Below, in pieces: positions 9,002 through 18,196 of a DNA stretch of 64,000 nucleotides (positions are counted from its first letter, which is position 1; the number at the start of each line of letters is the position of its first letter). The translations under genes were made by a program, and so were the position numbers. The stretch is taken from the NCBI GenBank assembly GCA_902385655.1, contig CABMGO010000003.1:112456-176455 (forward strand). The letters are read 5' to 3'. Origin of the DNA: an uncultured archaeon. GTDB lineage: Archaea; Nanobdellota; Nanobdellia; Pacearchaeales; GW2011-AR1. The notes under the pieces were generated by a model that had not been told where the DNA came from, searched no databases, and worked only from the letters and a program-made list of their open reading frames with translations.

Positions 9002-9325
9002 ATGAAGGAAATGATTGGAAAAGAGTTAATTTTTCTCGGTAAAGAATTCGATATTTTGAGAAGTCATGGGCTACTTACGGATATTGCTGAAATGCAAATA
9101 ACCGGTCGTGGAGGGTATACTAATGACGGCGAAGATTTATTCTATAATTGTTTGTTTAGTATGTACCAAAGATTTTGTCAGCTAAGATCAGAACTAAACA
9201 CCATGAAATCAGATCTTTCTCCGGAAGCCTATACTGCAAGAACAGCGAGCGTTGATAAGAGTATAAGAGACATGAGTGAAACTCTCAATAAACTCTTGGA
9301 AGCGGAAATTGAAGGAGACAAATAA
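9002..9325 (+). CDS. Hypothetical protein
   Basis: ORF with ATG at 9002. No motif recognised. Confidence 0.45.
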   Translation: MKEMIGKELIFLGKEFDILRSHGLLTDIAEMQITGRGGYTNDGEDLFYNCLFSMYQRFCQLRSELNTMKSDLSPEAYTARTASVDKSIRDMSETLNKLLEAEIEGDK

Positions 9326-9331
9326 TCATTT

Positions 9332-9721
9332 CTAAATGTGAAAAAAGGACTCATATCTTAAGGACCAATTTTCCCAAAAATCTTTTTTTGAATAATCTCT
9401 TTTTTGTGGGATGAAATGCATATCGGCTTCTATGTGTTTTGCTGCTTCTCTTTGAATTATTTCGGAGTATTCTGATCCATATTTGTTTGTGAATACAAAA
9501 ACGCACTCTTCGATTCCTTCGGAGTGGTGTCGTGCTTCTCGATGGCTTAACGGATAAAATGAATAATCAAACTCGTTTGTCTTTTTACCATAAAACTCAT
9601 CAAACCAAAAATGAATTTCTTTGCTGAATCTAAACGCTGTTTCTTTTTGAGTTTCATAAATTTCTGGATTTAATTTTTTTAGTCTTCTCCAAGAAGACAG
9701 CGTATGCGCGTAATGTTTCAT
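9332..9721 (-). CDS. Hypothetical protein (His-rich motif HREARHHSEG)
   Basis: ORF on the minus strand, ATG at 9721 preferred over TTG at 9751. No family recognised. Confidence 0.45.
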   Translation of the reverse strand: MKHYAHTLSSWRRLKKLNPEIYETQKETAFRFSKEIHFWFDEFYGKKTNEFDYSFYPLSHREARHHSEGIEECVFVFTNKYGSEYSEIIQREAAKHIEADMHFIPQKRDYSKKDFWENWSLRYESFFHI

Positions 9722-9769
9722 ATTTTCTTTCCTCACAAGTTTTAAAAACAAGGGAAGTATATAGAGATT

Positions 9770-11200
9770 ATGGCTGATATAAAAGAAGTGATTGCTAATG
9801 TTTGTCCGAAAAGATATAAAAGCAGCGAGGGAAAACCAAAATCCGAAGCTTCCTATAAACTTACTAGCCAGTCAGATATAACTCAGCTTGAACCAATTTA
9901 TTACTGGATATTGGATTTTATCGAAGGAGCAGGAATAAATGTTGAAAAGATAACTGATAATTTTGCTGCATCTCCTGGATCTGGGCAATTCCAAGATTTT
10001 TCTCAGAGACAATCTGCTATGATGGCAAAAGCAAGTGAATATATGGGCGGAATTAACCAGGTTACTAAGTCTATTCTGAATTTGATTTATGATTTAAAAG
10101 AGTTTGAAATAAGGCTTGAACAGTATAAGCGAGCAAAGTCGAGTGATAAAAAAGAAATGGAAGAAGGAATGCTCGCGTTGAAACAAATTTGGCTAGATAA
10201 TGTTGATCTCAAAAGAGGAAGAGGAAGTATTCATCAGATGGCAAATGAGATTGGATATACTACTCTTAGAGAAGCTTTTCTGATTGCAAATAATATTGAA
10301 GATATTGAGAAAATGGCATCGAAGGAAGGTGGAAGTGTAATTAACGATTCTGTTAAAAGAGTTTTAACTCCGAGAATTGGCGAATTTAAAATTTGGCAGG
10401 ATATTTCAGAAAAAGAATTGAGAAAAAGATTTGAAATAGAAAAAACGTATTTGAAGTCACAAGTTGAAACTCTTAAATTATATACTCGTTGGGCAAGACC
10501 ATATTTGAAAGCGCTTGATGAAATGAAAATGAAAGGTTTTGATAATGAACCTGCGCTTGTCGCTGCTTTTTCCACGTCTATGTTTCAACTAACTTTAATG
10601 GGAAAGAAAAAACAAAAAGCTCCTCCAAAAGAACATCCGGAGTATACAATGAGAAGAGATTATTACCAGATTTTTATAGTTAATTTTGAATATAGAGGTC
10701 ACGTTGGACAAAAAGTTACACAGAAAGGAGATTATGGCTTTGGATTTGGTGGAAAAGTGGATATGACTTTTGATTGTTATTCATTAAACTCTGAAGAACT
10801 TAAATTAATCAATAAACAACTTGAAGAAGAAGATATATCTGATGGATTAAAAGTTCTTCAGGACAATACTTCTGAGACGCTAAAGCAATTAGAAGACGAC
10901 ATTAATCATTTTATTTATGACGACAAAAAGCCTGAAGAAGAGAAGAAAGCGGAGAAAAAAATGGATGACACAAATCCATTTGGTGCATTATTTTCTTTGT
11001 TTAAGTTTGATTTTTCTTTTAAAAAGGATGATAAAAAGAAAGAGATAAAAGACGCAAAGGACATTCCAAAAGATAATTTTGTCGAGGCAAAGGTTAGGGA
11101 AAAAGCAAAGGAAGAAGCGACTGGTTTCTTATATGCCGTTTATGATGTTTACAAGAAGGCTCACGGAATGGCTTCTTCTCCAGAAAAGTTTGACAATTAA
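9770..11200 (+). CDS. Hypothetical 476-aa protein, helical core with K/E-rich tail
   Basis: Long clean ORF, first gene of a three-gene string. No motif recognised. Confidence 0.6.
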   Translation: MADIKEVIANVCPKRYKSSEGKPKSEASYKLTSQSDITQLEPIYYWILDFIEGAGINVEKITDNFAASPGSGQFQDFSQRQSAMMAKASEYMGGINQVTKSILNLIYDLKEFEIRLEQYKRAKSSDKKEMEEGMLALKQIWLDNVDLKRGRGSIHQMANEIGYTTLREAFLIANNIEDIEKMASKEGGSVINDSVKRVLTPRIGEFKIWQDISEKELRKRFEIEKTYLKSQVETLKLYTRWARPYLKALDEMKMKGFDNEPALVAAFSTSMFQLTLMGKKKQKAPPKEHPEYTMRRDYYQIFIVNFEYRGHVGQKVTQKGDYGFGFGGKVDMTFDCYSLNSEELKLINKQLEEEDISDGLKVLQDNTSETLKQLEDDINHFIYDDKKPEEEKKAEKKMDDTNPFGALFSLFKFDFSFKKDDKKKEIKDAKDIPKDNFVEAKVREKAKEEATGFLYAVYDVYKKAHGMASSPEKFDN

Positions 11201-11230
11201 CCATATAAACTTTGAATTCTCAGGTATTAC

Positions 11231-11722
11231 ATGACATCTAAGATAAAAGAAATAAGAATACTTGAACCGAAAATTAAGGAAGTTAAGAAAGAAAAATCTA
11301 AGGAAGAAATTCCGGAGGAAGAAGAAGCTGAGGAAGTAGATGAAGAAGATTTAGAGGACTCGGTTGAAATTAGTAGAGAAGAAGCGAGAGTTGACTTAAA
11401 AAAACTAATTTTAGAGTCCAAACAAGAAGCTGATAAAAATTTAGAACAAAGAGTTTGGAACTTACCTGTTGCAAAAAAAGAAGAAGATCCTCGTTCAGAA
11501 ACAAAGGACTTTTACGACGGAAAGTCTAATATGTATAGTGATTCTAAAAATTTATACACTGGTTCAGGAGATCAAAGAAATTCGGCATATGATGCTGTTC
11601 CGTTAGGAAATGAAAGAGAAGATCTAGTTAAACAACAGAAATATTTGGTTGAACAGAGAAGAGATGCTAATCCTCTTGAAGGTACTGGCCCTAACAGTAA
11701 GAAAGATATGAGGAGAATGTAA
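11231..11722 (+). CDS. Hypothetical acidic low-complexity protein
   Basis: E/K-rich N-terminal half (EEEEAEEVDEEDLED), located between the two large unknown genes. Confidence 0.5.
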   Translation: MTSKIKEIRILEPKIKEVKKEKSKEEIPEEEEAEEVDEEDLEDSVEISREEARVDLKKLILESKQEADKNLEQRVWNLPVAKKEEDPRSETKDFYDGKSNMYSDSKNLYTGSGDQRNSAYDAVPLGNEREDLVKQQKYLVEQRRDANPLEGTGPNSKKDMRRM

Positions 11723-11776
11723 GAGAAAAAGCTTAAATATCTTCGATATGTTATTATTCAATGATAATAAATAGGG

Positions 11777-13738
11777 GTGAAGAATTATAAGGTGGCAGAC
11801 GATTATAGTTATGAGAGCTTTTATGGTGGAGGAATTTCATCGTTTGAGCCAGAATATGGCAGCGCAAAAAATGGTGTGCCAGGTAATTTTACTGGATATA
11901 GACTAAATGCGTATCGACTGGGTTTTCCAGGATCTGTTCAGACAGCTAATCAAATTACCGAGGCAGTTAATGCTATCAAACAAGGTGTAACTGCTTTTGA
12001 AGTTAGTCTTGGAGATGCAAATACTGCGGAACAAATTCCAAAGCAACATTTTGATGAGATTCGAGCTTTGATGAAAATCACAGGAGTTACGCCGTCTGTT
12101 CATGCCCAATTTAATATTGACCCTGCAGGTTTGGGTGGAGAAAGAGGAACTTACGACGAAGTTACGAGACAAGAAAATGAAAGAAGATTTTTTGAAACTT
12201 TACAGAAAGCGAAAATGCTTAATCCAGACGGAAATACACCGGTAGTATTTCACTCCACAGGTATTGGTACTGGAACAGAATACGGCCCAGGAAAAGAAGG
12301 AGAGGAAAGATTCCAGGCGAAAAAACTCGCTCTGATCGATAAAGAGTCTGGGCAAATTGCGACGGTAATAAAGGAAGATCAGCAATATAATCCCTTTGAC
12401 TTAAAAGAATTAGAAAAAGGTGGAGCAAAACTTTCTTTGAAAACTGAAGAGGATATTCAGAAAAGAGTTTTTTCGGTTAATGAAACGCAATGGGACAAAA
12501 CGATGAATACTCTTAATGTTTACAAAAAAGAAGCAGATGAAATTATGGGCATATTGAGACAACCAGAGGCACAAGAGTTAGGAAAAATAATGGATGGGCT
12601 TACACAAGATAGGTTAAAAAAAATAAATGAAGAGGATCCTGAAACTGCTCAAAGAATAGGTGAACTTTCTATACAGCAGGGAAGAATTGGAAGTTTTTTG
12701 GATAACAATCGTCTGGCTTTTGTAAATGCTTTTGATAATGCATATAAGTATGGCTCGGAGAAACAAAAAGAGGAACTTAGGAATCTTTCTGAGGATTTAA
12801 CTGAAATGGAGAAGGAATCTAGAAATGGAGACCCAGTTGCTCAACAGATTATATTTTCCAGTATGCTTGATAAGGGAATTGCAGAATTGCATAAAATAAC
12901 TTCCGCAAGAGGAGAAAGGAAAGATGGAAAAGTTATTTATGATAATGACTGGGGAGCCCCAAAGCAATTTGTCCCAGTTGAAGAGTTTACTAAAGATAAA
13001 GCGACAGATACTTTTTCAAAGCTTGCATTTAGAAGTTTTGATGAACTTGGAAAAGGAGATGCCTCAAAAGCTCCAGTAATTGCAATAGAGAATATGAATC
13101 AAATGGGTTATGCAAAGCCCGAAGATTTTAAGAAAGTTATTGATAAATCCAGAGACAAGTTTGTAGACATGTTAATTGATAAAAAGGGAATGGAAGAGAA
13201 AGAGGCGAGAGAAGTTGCTGAGAAACTTATTGGAGTTACTTGGGATGTTGGTCACTTAAATATTTTAAAGAAAGAAGGTTTCACTGACAAAGATGTTATT
13301 GAGGCGACGGAAAAAATTGCCCCGTATGTAAAACATGTTCATCTTACTGACAATTTTGGTTATTCGGATTCGCATCTTGCGCCCGGAATGGGAAATGTTC
13401 CATTGAAAGAAATTTTAAAAAATTTGGAAGAAAAAGGAAAACTGAATGAAATTTCAAAGATTGTTGAGGCGCCAGGATTTGTTCAGCACTTTAAAAGATC
13501 CCCACATGGTTTGACTCTTGCAGCTTTGGGAAGTCCTTTGTATGGCCCTAAAATGGCACCATATTGGAATCAAGTTGCAGCTATGGGGAATGGAGGAGGA
13601 TATTTTGGTTCTCCATTGGCAATGATGCCGGAAAAACATTTTTCATTATATGGATCTGGATTTTCAAGTTTGCCCACAGAAGTTGGGGGCCAAATACCTG
13701 GAACAGGCTCGAGGTTTAGTGGAACACCCAATGCTTGA
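11777..13738 (+). CDS. Xylose-isomerase-like (AP endonuclease 2 type) TIM-barrel protein with a large helical insertion
   Basis: C-terminal WDVGHLN...KHVHLTDNFGYSDSHLAPGMGNVP is typical of the sugar-phosphate isomerase/epimerase TIM-barrel fold. N-terminal barrel strands (TAFEVSL, TPSVHAQ, VVFHST) are separated from it by about 250 aa of helical sequence. GTG start. Confidence 0.6.
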   Translation: MKNYKVADDYSYESFYGGGISSFEPEYGSAKNGVPGNFTGYRLNAYRLGFPGSVQTANQITEAVNAIKQGVTAFEVSLGDANTAEQIPKQHFDEIRALMKITGVTPSVHAQFNIDPAGLGGERGTYDEVTRQENERRFFETLQKAKMLNPDGNTPVVFHSTGIGTGTEYGPGKEGEERFQAKKLALIDKESGQIATVIKEDQQYNPFDLKELEKGGAKLSLKTEEDIQKRVFSVNETQWDKTMNTLNVYKKEADEIMGILRQPEAQELGKIMDGLTQDRLKKINEEDPETAQRIGELSIQQGRIGSFLDNNRLAFVNAFDNAYKYGSEKQKEELRNLSEDLTEMEKESRNGDPVAQQIIFSSMLDKGIAELHKITSARGERKDGKVIYDNDWGAPKQFVPVEEFTKDKATDTFSKLAFRSFDELGKGDASKAPVIAIENMNQMGYAKPEDFKKVIDKSRDKFVDMLIDKKGMEEKEAREVAEKLIGVTWDVGHLNILKKEGFTDKDVIEATEKIAPYVKHVHLTDNFGYSDSHLAPGMGNVPLKEILKNLEEKGKLNEISKIVEAPGFVQHFKRSPHGLTLAALGSPLYGPKMAPYWNQVAAMGNGGGYFGSPLAMMPEKHFSLYGSGFSSLPTEVGGQIPGTGSRFSGTPNA

Positions 13739-13740
13739 TA

Positions 13741-13912
13741 CACTTTTCCTCTAGCCCTGCATGAAAGAATTTCTATTCTCTAGAGAACCTATTGCACAGG
13801 TCCCGCATATTTTAGTTCTACGCTCTCCAATATCAGGTGTCCTCATCTGCATGATACACTTTTCCTGCATTGAAAACCTCCCATTTCAAAGTGTCCTCAT
13901 CTGCATGAGGAA
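13741..13912 (+). repeat. Three tandem copies (A1-A3) of the dispersed CCTGCAT/hairpin repeat family
   Basis: A3 (13857-13912) is cacttttCCTGCATtgaaaacctcccatttcaaaGTGTCCTCATctgcATGAGGAa. A2 (13800-13857) has the same boxes with a degenerate 3' arm. A1 (13741-13799) is degenerate. Near-identical to the copy at 54819-54874. Confidence 0.8.
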
Positions 13913-13948
13913 CATTTATAAAAGTCTGTTACTAGATAATAATAAAAG

Positions 13949-14833
13949 ATGGCGAAAGAAAAAAAAGGCGATAAGAAAGTTGAATCTAGTCCTGCTGTAA
14001 AAGTTCCTGAAGAAATCAAAGTAGCCATGGAAAAAGTTCCGACTATGAAGATTGTTGCTGAAAGAGATATTGCAATGGATTTTGCTACAAAAGTCTATAC
14101 AAAATTTGAAGAATTGGTGAAGGCAGTTATAATGTTTGGTAGTTCTGTAACTAAAGAATCTAAAAATAGTTCTGATATTGATGTGATTATATTAGTCGAT
14201 GATGCTACACTAAAATGGGACGATGAGTTGGTCTCAACTTACCGAGAAGAACTTGGAAAAATTATTCAGGCCAATCCTTACAGAAAACCATTACATGTCA
14301 ATACTGTGAAATTGACGACTTGGTGGCAAGATTTGATGAGAGGAGATCCAGTTGTGATTAACGTAATAAGGTATGGCGATCCTTTAATTGATCACGCCGG
14401 TTTTTTCTCGCCGATAAAAAATTTATTGAGAGATGGAAAGATAAGATCAACTCCAGAGGCAGTTTATACTTTATTACAGAGAGCTCCTGCGCACTTAGCT
14501 AGATCTCAGGCCTCTTTACTTTCTGCTGTAGATGGATATTATTGGGCTTGTGTTGATTCTGCTCACGCTGCTTTGATTTCTGCAGACATTCTTCCGCCAT
14601 CACCAGAACAAGTTGGAGACATCTTAGACGAAGTTTTTGTAAAGTCAAAAAAGAATTTGAAAAAGGAATATGTTGAGTTTTATAGAGAAGTTCATGAAAT
14701 GGCGAAGGATATTGTTCATGGGAAAATCGTTGAAGTTGATGTGAAGAATTTGAATAGCATACGAGAAGATACTCTTGAATTTGTTAGAGCAATGAGCGAA
14801 CTTGTTGAAGAAATTTTTAAAAGTAAGAAATAA
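13949..14833 (+). CDS. Nucleotidyltransferase (Pol-beta/MNT type) fused to a HEPN-like helical domain
   Basis: MFGSSVTKESKNSSDIDVIILVDD (GS...DxD) followed by a helical C-terminal half (AHLARSQASLLSAVDGYYWACVDSAHAAL). Confidence 0.65.
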   Translation: MAKEKKGDKKVESSPAVKVPEEIKVAMEKVPTMKIVAERDIAMDFATKVYTKFEELVKAVIMFGSSVTKESKNSSDIDVIILVDDATLKWDDELVSTYREELGKIIQANPYRKPLHVNTVKLTTWWQDLMRGDPVVINVIRYGDPLIDHAGFFSPIKNLLRDGKIRSTPEAVYTLLQRAPAHLARSQASLLSAVDGYYWACVDSAHAALISADILPPSPEQVGDILDEVFVKSKKNLKKEYVEFYREVHEMAKDIVHGKIVEVDVKNLNSIREDTLEFVRAMSELVEEIFKSKK

Positions 14834-15442
14834 TTACTTCTGATAACTGTCCAATAAAAATTGAGCCATATACTGCTCATTTTCATGTTCTCCAACTAAG
14901 AGAGATTTTATTTTTTGACCATTGCCAGTTTTTTGCATTACTGCTACAGTGCATAATCCTCCCGCGAAAAGAAGATATCCTTCTTGTCTGACCATGGATA
15001 AAATGTTATCTAAATGTCTCTTGAATGTTTGAGGATTTCCAGGGTTAAAAGTGAAACCTAAGTTATTCATACAAAATATTCCGTCGAAATGTTCTGCTGG
15101 AAAAGGTTTTCTGAAACCGTCTCCGAGAATAAATTCTATTTCTGGAACATTAACTCTTTCTCTAGCTATTTCTAATGCCCTAGGATTCATATCAATTCCG
15201 TAAACATTACAAGAAGGGTAAAGAGAAGCAATTTCTTCAGTAGTCATACCAATTGAACAACCAAGATCTAGTATTCTTCCTGAAGGAATTTGAGGTAAAC
15301 TTTCTTCAAAAGTGGATTTCACCCTTCTACCAGTTTCAGTCATTGTCCAATACCCATTTAGAACTTTAATTTCGAATTTAAATGGATCAAATGGAGAACT
15401 CAGTCTTTCCTGATATTTCGAGTATCCGTCTTGAGAAACCAT
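14834..15442 (-). CDS. Class I SAM-dependent methyltransferase
   Basis: Motif I ILDLGCSIGMT, then YGIDMNPRALEIARE. Last gene of the co-directional block. Confidence 0.75.
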   Translation of the reverse strand: MVSQDGYSKYQERLSSPFDPFKFEIKVLNGYWTMTETGRRVKSTFEESLPQIPSGRILDLGCSIGMTTEEIASLYPSCNVYGIDMNPRALEIARERVNVPEIEFILGDGFRKPFPAEHFDGIFCMNNLGFTFNPGNPQTFKRHLDNILSMVRQEGYLLFAGGLCTVAVMQKTGNGQKIKSLLVGEHENEQYMAQFLLDSYQK

Positions 15443-15769
15443 TTATTCCTCCCCTTCAATTAAGGATTCTAATTCAGAAAAAGCTGTCTGATGCATACTA
15501 TGGTTCGGTATAATTGTCAAAAAAGTGTATTTTGAAAAATCAATCTCGGTCTTTGGAGTTTCCTCTATAGGCTGAGGTAATGCAACCGCAATTCCTGATT
15601 TCCCATCAGCAGATTTTCCTGCAAAAATATGTCTTTTCTTTTCTAGATAATGATTAAACAAGACTGCTTTATCTCCACAATATTGGAGGGTTGTAAATCC
15701 GTATTCACGAAAAGGAAAATTTTCTGGAATTTGAACTACGTCTCCATGTTTTAAATCGGTTATAGCCAT
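15443..15769 (-). CDS. Hypothetical protein
   Basis: ORF abutting its neighbours. No motif recognised. Confidence 0.45.
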   Translation of the reverse strand: MAITDLKHGDVVQIPENFPFREYGFTTLQYCGDKAVLFNHYLEKKRHIFAGKSADGKSGIAVALPQPIEETPKTEIDFSKYTFLTIIPNHSMHQTAFSELESLIEGEE

Positions 15770-15771
15770 TG

Positions 15772-15963
15772 TTATTTACTCCTTACGTAAGCCCAAGCAG
15801 CTTCGTATCTCGCAGATTCTTTTGTAATCCAAATATTTTCTAGAAAAAATCTTTTGATTGGATTAATTGAAGTAAGATATTCTTGTGCGAAAGGTTTTCC
15901 TTTTGATTCAAATTCTCTTCTTGAAGAAGCATATTCTGTATGCCAATTATCTAGAAATTTCAT
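15772..15963 (-). CDS. Hypothetical small protein
   Basis: 63-aa ORF with ATGA overlap to the upstream gene. Confidence 0.4.
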   Translation of the reverse strand: MKFLDNWHTEYASSRREFESKGKPFAQEYLTSINPIKRFFLENIWITKESARYEAAWAYVRSK

Positions 15964-16205
15964 TTTGCTCTCCGATTATTTAGACTTAGGTAATATTCTG
16001 CTTCTTTCTTTCCTGGTTCGGACTCTTCATATGCTTTTAGTGCTTCATTAGAATCAAAAGTTCGAGTAATAACTTCTTTTCCATTTACTAAATAAGTTAT
16101 ATGGGGCTGACTGTCATAATATCCGTCTACTAATGACTTGACTAGGGCAGTTCCAGCAGCAGTTATAATCAATCCTGCACCAATTATTTTTGCTAATGTT
16201 TTCAT
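15960..16205 (-). CDS. Hypothetical small protein with N-terminal transmembrane/signal segment
   Basis: MKTLAKIIGAGLIITAAGTALV hydrophobic N-terminus. ATGA overlaps on both sides. Confidence 0.5.
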   Translation of the reverse strand: MKTLAKIIGAGLIITAAGTALVKSLVDGYYDSQPHITYLVNGKEVITRTFDSNEALKAYEESEPGKKEAEYYLSLNNRRAK

Positions 16206-17158
16206 TTCTTACCTTCCTTAGCTTTCGCTTCAGCTTCTTTCTTTTTCTTTTCTGCTTCAGCCTTCTTCTTAGTTTCTTCTACTTTGTACTTTTGTTCAAC
16301 GAGACCGAGTAATCCCGGCATTTCTTCTGCGCCGTTCAATAAGAATTGTCTTGCGCCAGTTAATCCAGTGTATTTCTTTTGAAGCTCAGCAAGCTCAGCA
16401 GAATATTTATCTCTGATTTTACCTTCTTCTAGAGGAGTAATTGGACCTGCACTTAATTTTGCTTCTAATTCTGACTTTGCTTTTTCGTTGATTGCATTTG
16501 CTTTTTCGGATAATTCTTTTTCAGATTTTTCAGAGATTGCTAGAGCATCCTTAATGTAAGTTGTGACTCCATAGTCTACTATTGCTTTCTGTAATTTTCT
16601 TTGAGCTTTTTGAGATCTATATTTTATGAAAGCTTCAGCACCTAAAAGACCTAACCAAAATTTCTTTGAAAAGTCATTTACTCCATCAAATTCTGCATCT
16701 AATTCTTTTTGTGCACCATCTTTTGTTTTCACAGCTTCTACGATTTTCTTTAAGCTGTCTCCAGCACTTACAATTGAATTATATTTTTTATCAGAATCAG
16801 ACAACTCTTTCCCGTCTTCTGCTTTTCTTTTTGCATAAGGCAGATTTATTGCAAGAGGCAAAACCTGTTGGTTACCTACATAACCTACTGCATCTTTAAC
16901 ATTTCCAATTACATAATCTCCAATAGAAGAGTTAACCATACCCTTATAGCCTTCCAAAGCTGCATTCCTCATTTCTGCATCAAAATTAACAAACTCAGGT
17001 CCGAGAAAATCATTCATTAAAGACTCTAATCCCTTTCCAGAACTTGGATCTAAGGAATTAAGTTGCCTTGCTTTTCCTAAAGCGCCTGCTAAAACTTCAG
17101 GTTTCCATCCGTCGCCCTTTTTTGGAGGGACGTATTTTAAATCATATCCGCTCGGCAT
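16202..17158 (-). CDS. Hypothetical helical protein with Lys/Glu/Ala-rich tail
   Basis: 318-aa ORF ending in KKKAEAEKKKKEAEAKAKEGKK. No family recognised. Confidence 0.55.
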   Translation of the reverse strand: MPSGYDLKYVPPKKGDGWKPEVLAGALGKARQLNSLDPSSGKGLESLMNDFLGPEFVNFDAEMRNAALEGYKGMVNSSIGDYVIGNVKDAVGYVGNQQVLPLAINLPYAKRKAEDGKELSDSDKKYNSIVSAGDSLKKIVEAVKTKDGAQKELDAEFDGVNDFSKKFWLGLLGAEAFIKYRSQKAQRKLQKAIVDYGVTTYIKDALAISEKSEKELSEKANAINEKAKSELEAKLSAGPITPLEEGKIRDKYSAELAELQKKYTGLTGARQFLLNGAEEMPGLLGLVEQKYKVEETKKKAEAEKKKKEAEAKAKEGKK

Positions 17159-17348
17159 TGTATTATTTTTTCGGAACTAAAACAGCTCCTTTTTGTTAAA
17201 ATACTAGAGTAAAACACCTTTATAAACCTTTTGTATGTTGTATCTTTATAGGAGTAACAAAATATGAAAATTACTTCTTTGCTTCAATAAATATTAGATA
17301 CTAATTACTATAAAAATCCTTACAAAAAAATTTAATTTATTAAACAAC

Positions 17349-17504
17349 CTATTCACTTTCGTTATCTAAAATATCGATAGTGACCTTCACAAGCATCCCA
17401 TGATTAACTTTGTCTCTAAGAACTGCGGGGATAACAATTACAGCTTGTGCTCCATGCTTTGCTATTTTTTTAGTAATCGTAAACTGCTTATTTGGGAGCG
17501 TCAT
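17349..17504 (-). CDS. AbrB/SpoVT-like small DNA-binding protein (51 aa, absent from the ORF track)
   Basis: My translation is MTLPNKQFTITKKIAKHGAQAVIVIPAVLRDKVNHGMLVKVTIDILDNESE. It is a paralog of the 25315..25530 product (FTITKKIAKHGSQAVIVIP). Its ATG overlaps the stop of 17501..18196 (ATGA). Confidence 0.65.
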   Translation of the reverse strand: MTLPNKQFTITKKIAKHGAQAVIVIPAVLRDKVNHGMLVKVTIDILDNESE

Positions 17505-18196
17505 TTTTTCCTCCGTAGTTCAAATGCATAAAATGTTCTCAAATCATCAACAACATTTTTTCCAATTTCTTGAACAGAGAAACCAGTTTTGTCTGCTCTT
17601 TCAACCATTTCGTCTATTGCTCCAAAACTTGCTTGAGTAACGTAGGCTCTCGCTGTAGGGATATGTTTTAAAACTCTGTCAAGCCCATCAAAAAAACTTT
17701 TCTGAACATGCAAGGCAGGATCCCAAACTGTTAATTCAGCATAATCTCCAACTTCTTTTTTATGGTCCGTAAATGGAGGATTCATTGTAACTACCTCGAA
17801 TCTTTCTTCAGATTTTAATGCAGAAAAAACATCTGATTGTCTTGCTTCGATTATATCTCCAAGGTTATGATATTTTGAATTTTCTAGAGTAGACTTTATC
17901 GCATTAGGATTAATATCTAAAGCAACAACTTTCTTAGCTCCCTTCCAAGCAGAATGAACTGCAATAACTCCACTTCCAGTGCAAACATCACAAACTTCTT
18001 CTCCAGGATTAATAGCATAATTTTTTACAAGTGCTTCAGAATCTTTACTCGGCCAGAAGACTCCTTCATGAACAATAAATAATCTTCCCAGGTAAGGTAG
18101 AGGTTCGCCATAAATACTATTGACGTGCCTAAATTTCTGATGCATACTTCTTTGGATATCATAGACTTTTTTCATTTCTTCAGGAGAGAGTGTCAT
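17501..18196 (-). CDS. HemK/Mtq2-like methyltransferase (NPPF motif; N5-glutamine or N6-adenine class)
   Basis: Motif I VCDVCTGSGVIAV, ALDINPNAI, motif IV VTMNPPFTD. Confidence 0.7.
   Translation of the reverse strand: MTLSPEEMKKVYDIQRSMHQKFRHVNSIYGEPLPYLGRLFIVHEGVFWPSKDSEALVKNYAINPGEEVCDVCTGSGVIAVHSAWKGAKKVVALDINPNAIKSTLENSKYHNLGDIIEARQSDVFSALKSEERFEVVTMNPPFTDHKKEVGDYAELTVWDPALHVQKSFFDGLDRVLKHIPTARAYVTQASFGAIDEMVERADKTGFSVQEIGKNVVDDLRTFYAFELRRKK

Noticed and set aside
13761-14000. 79-aa ORF spanning the 13739-13948 intergenic region
   Set aside because: It is composed of the tandem repeat copies A1-A3 and overlaps the start of the well-supported 13949 gene. The sequence is better explained as a non-coding repeat.
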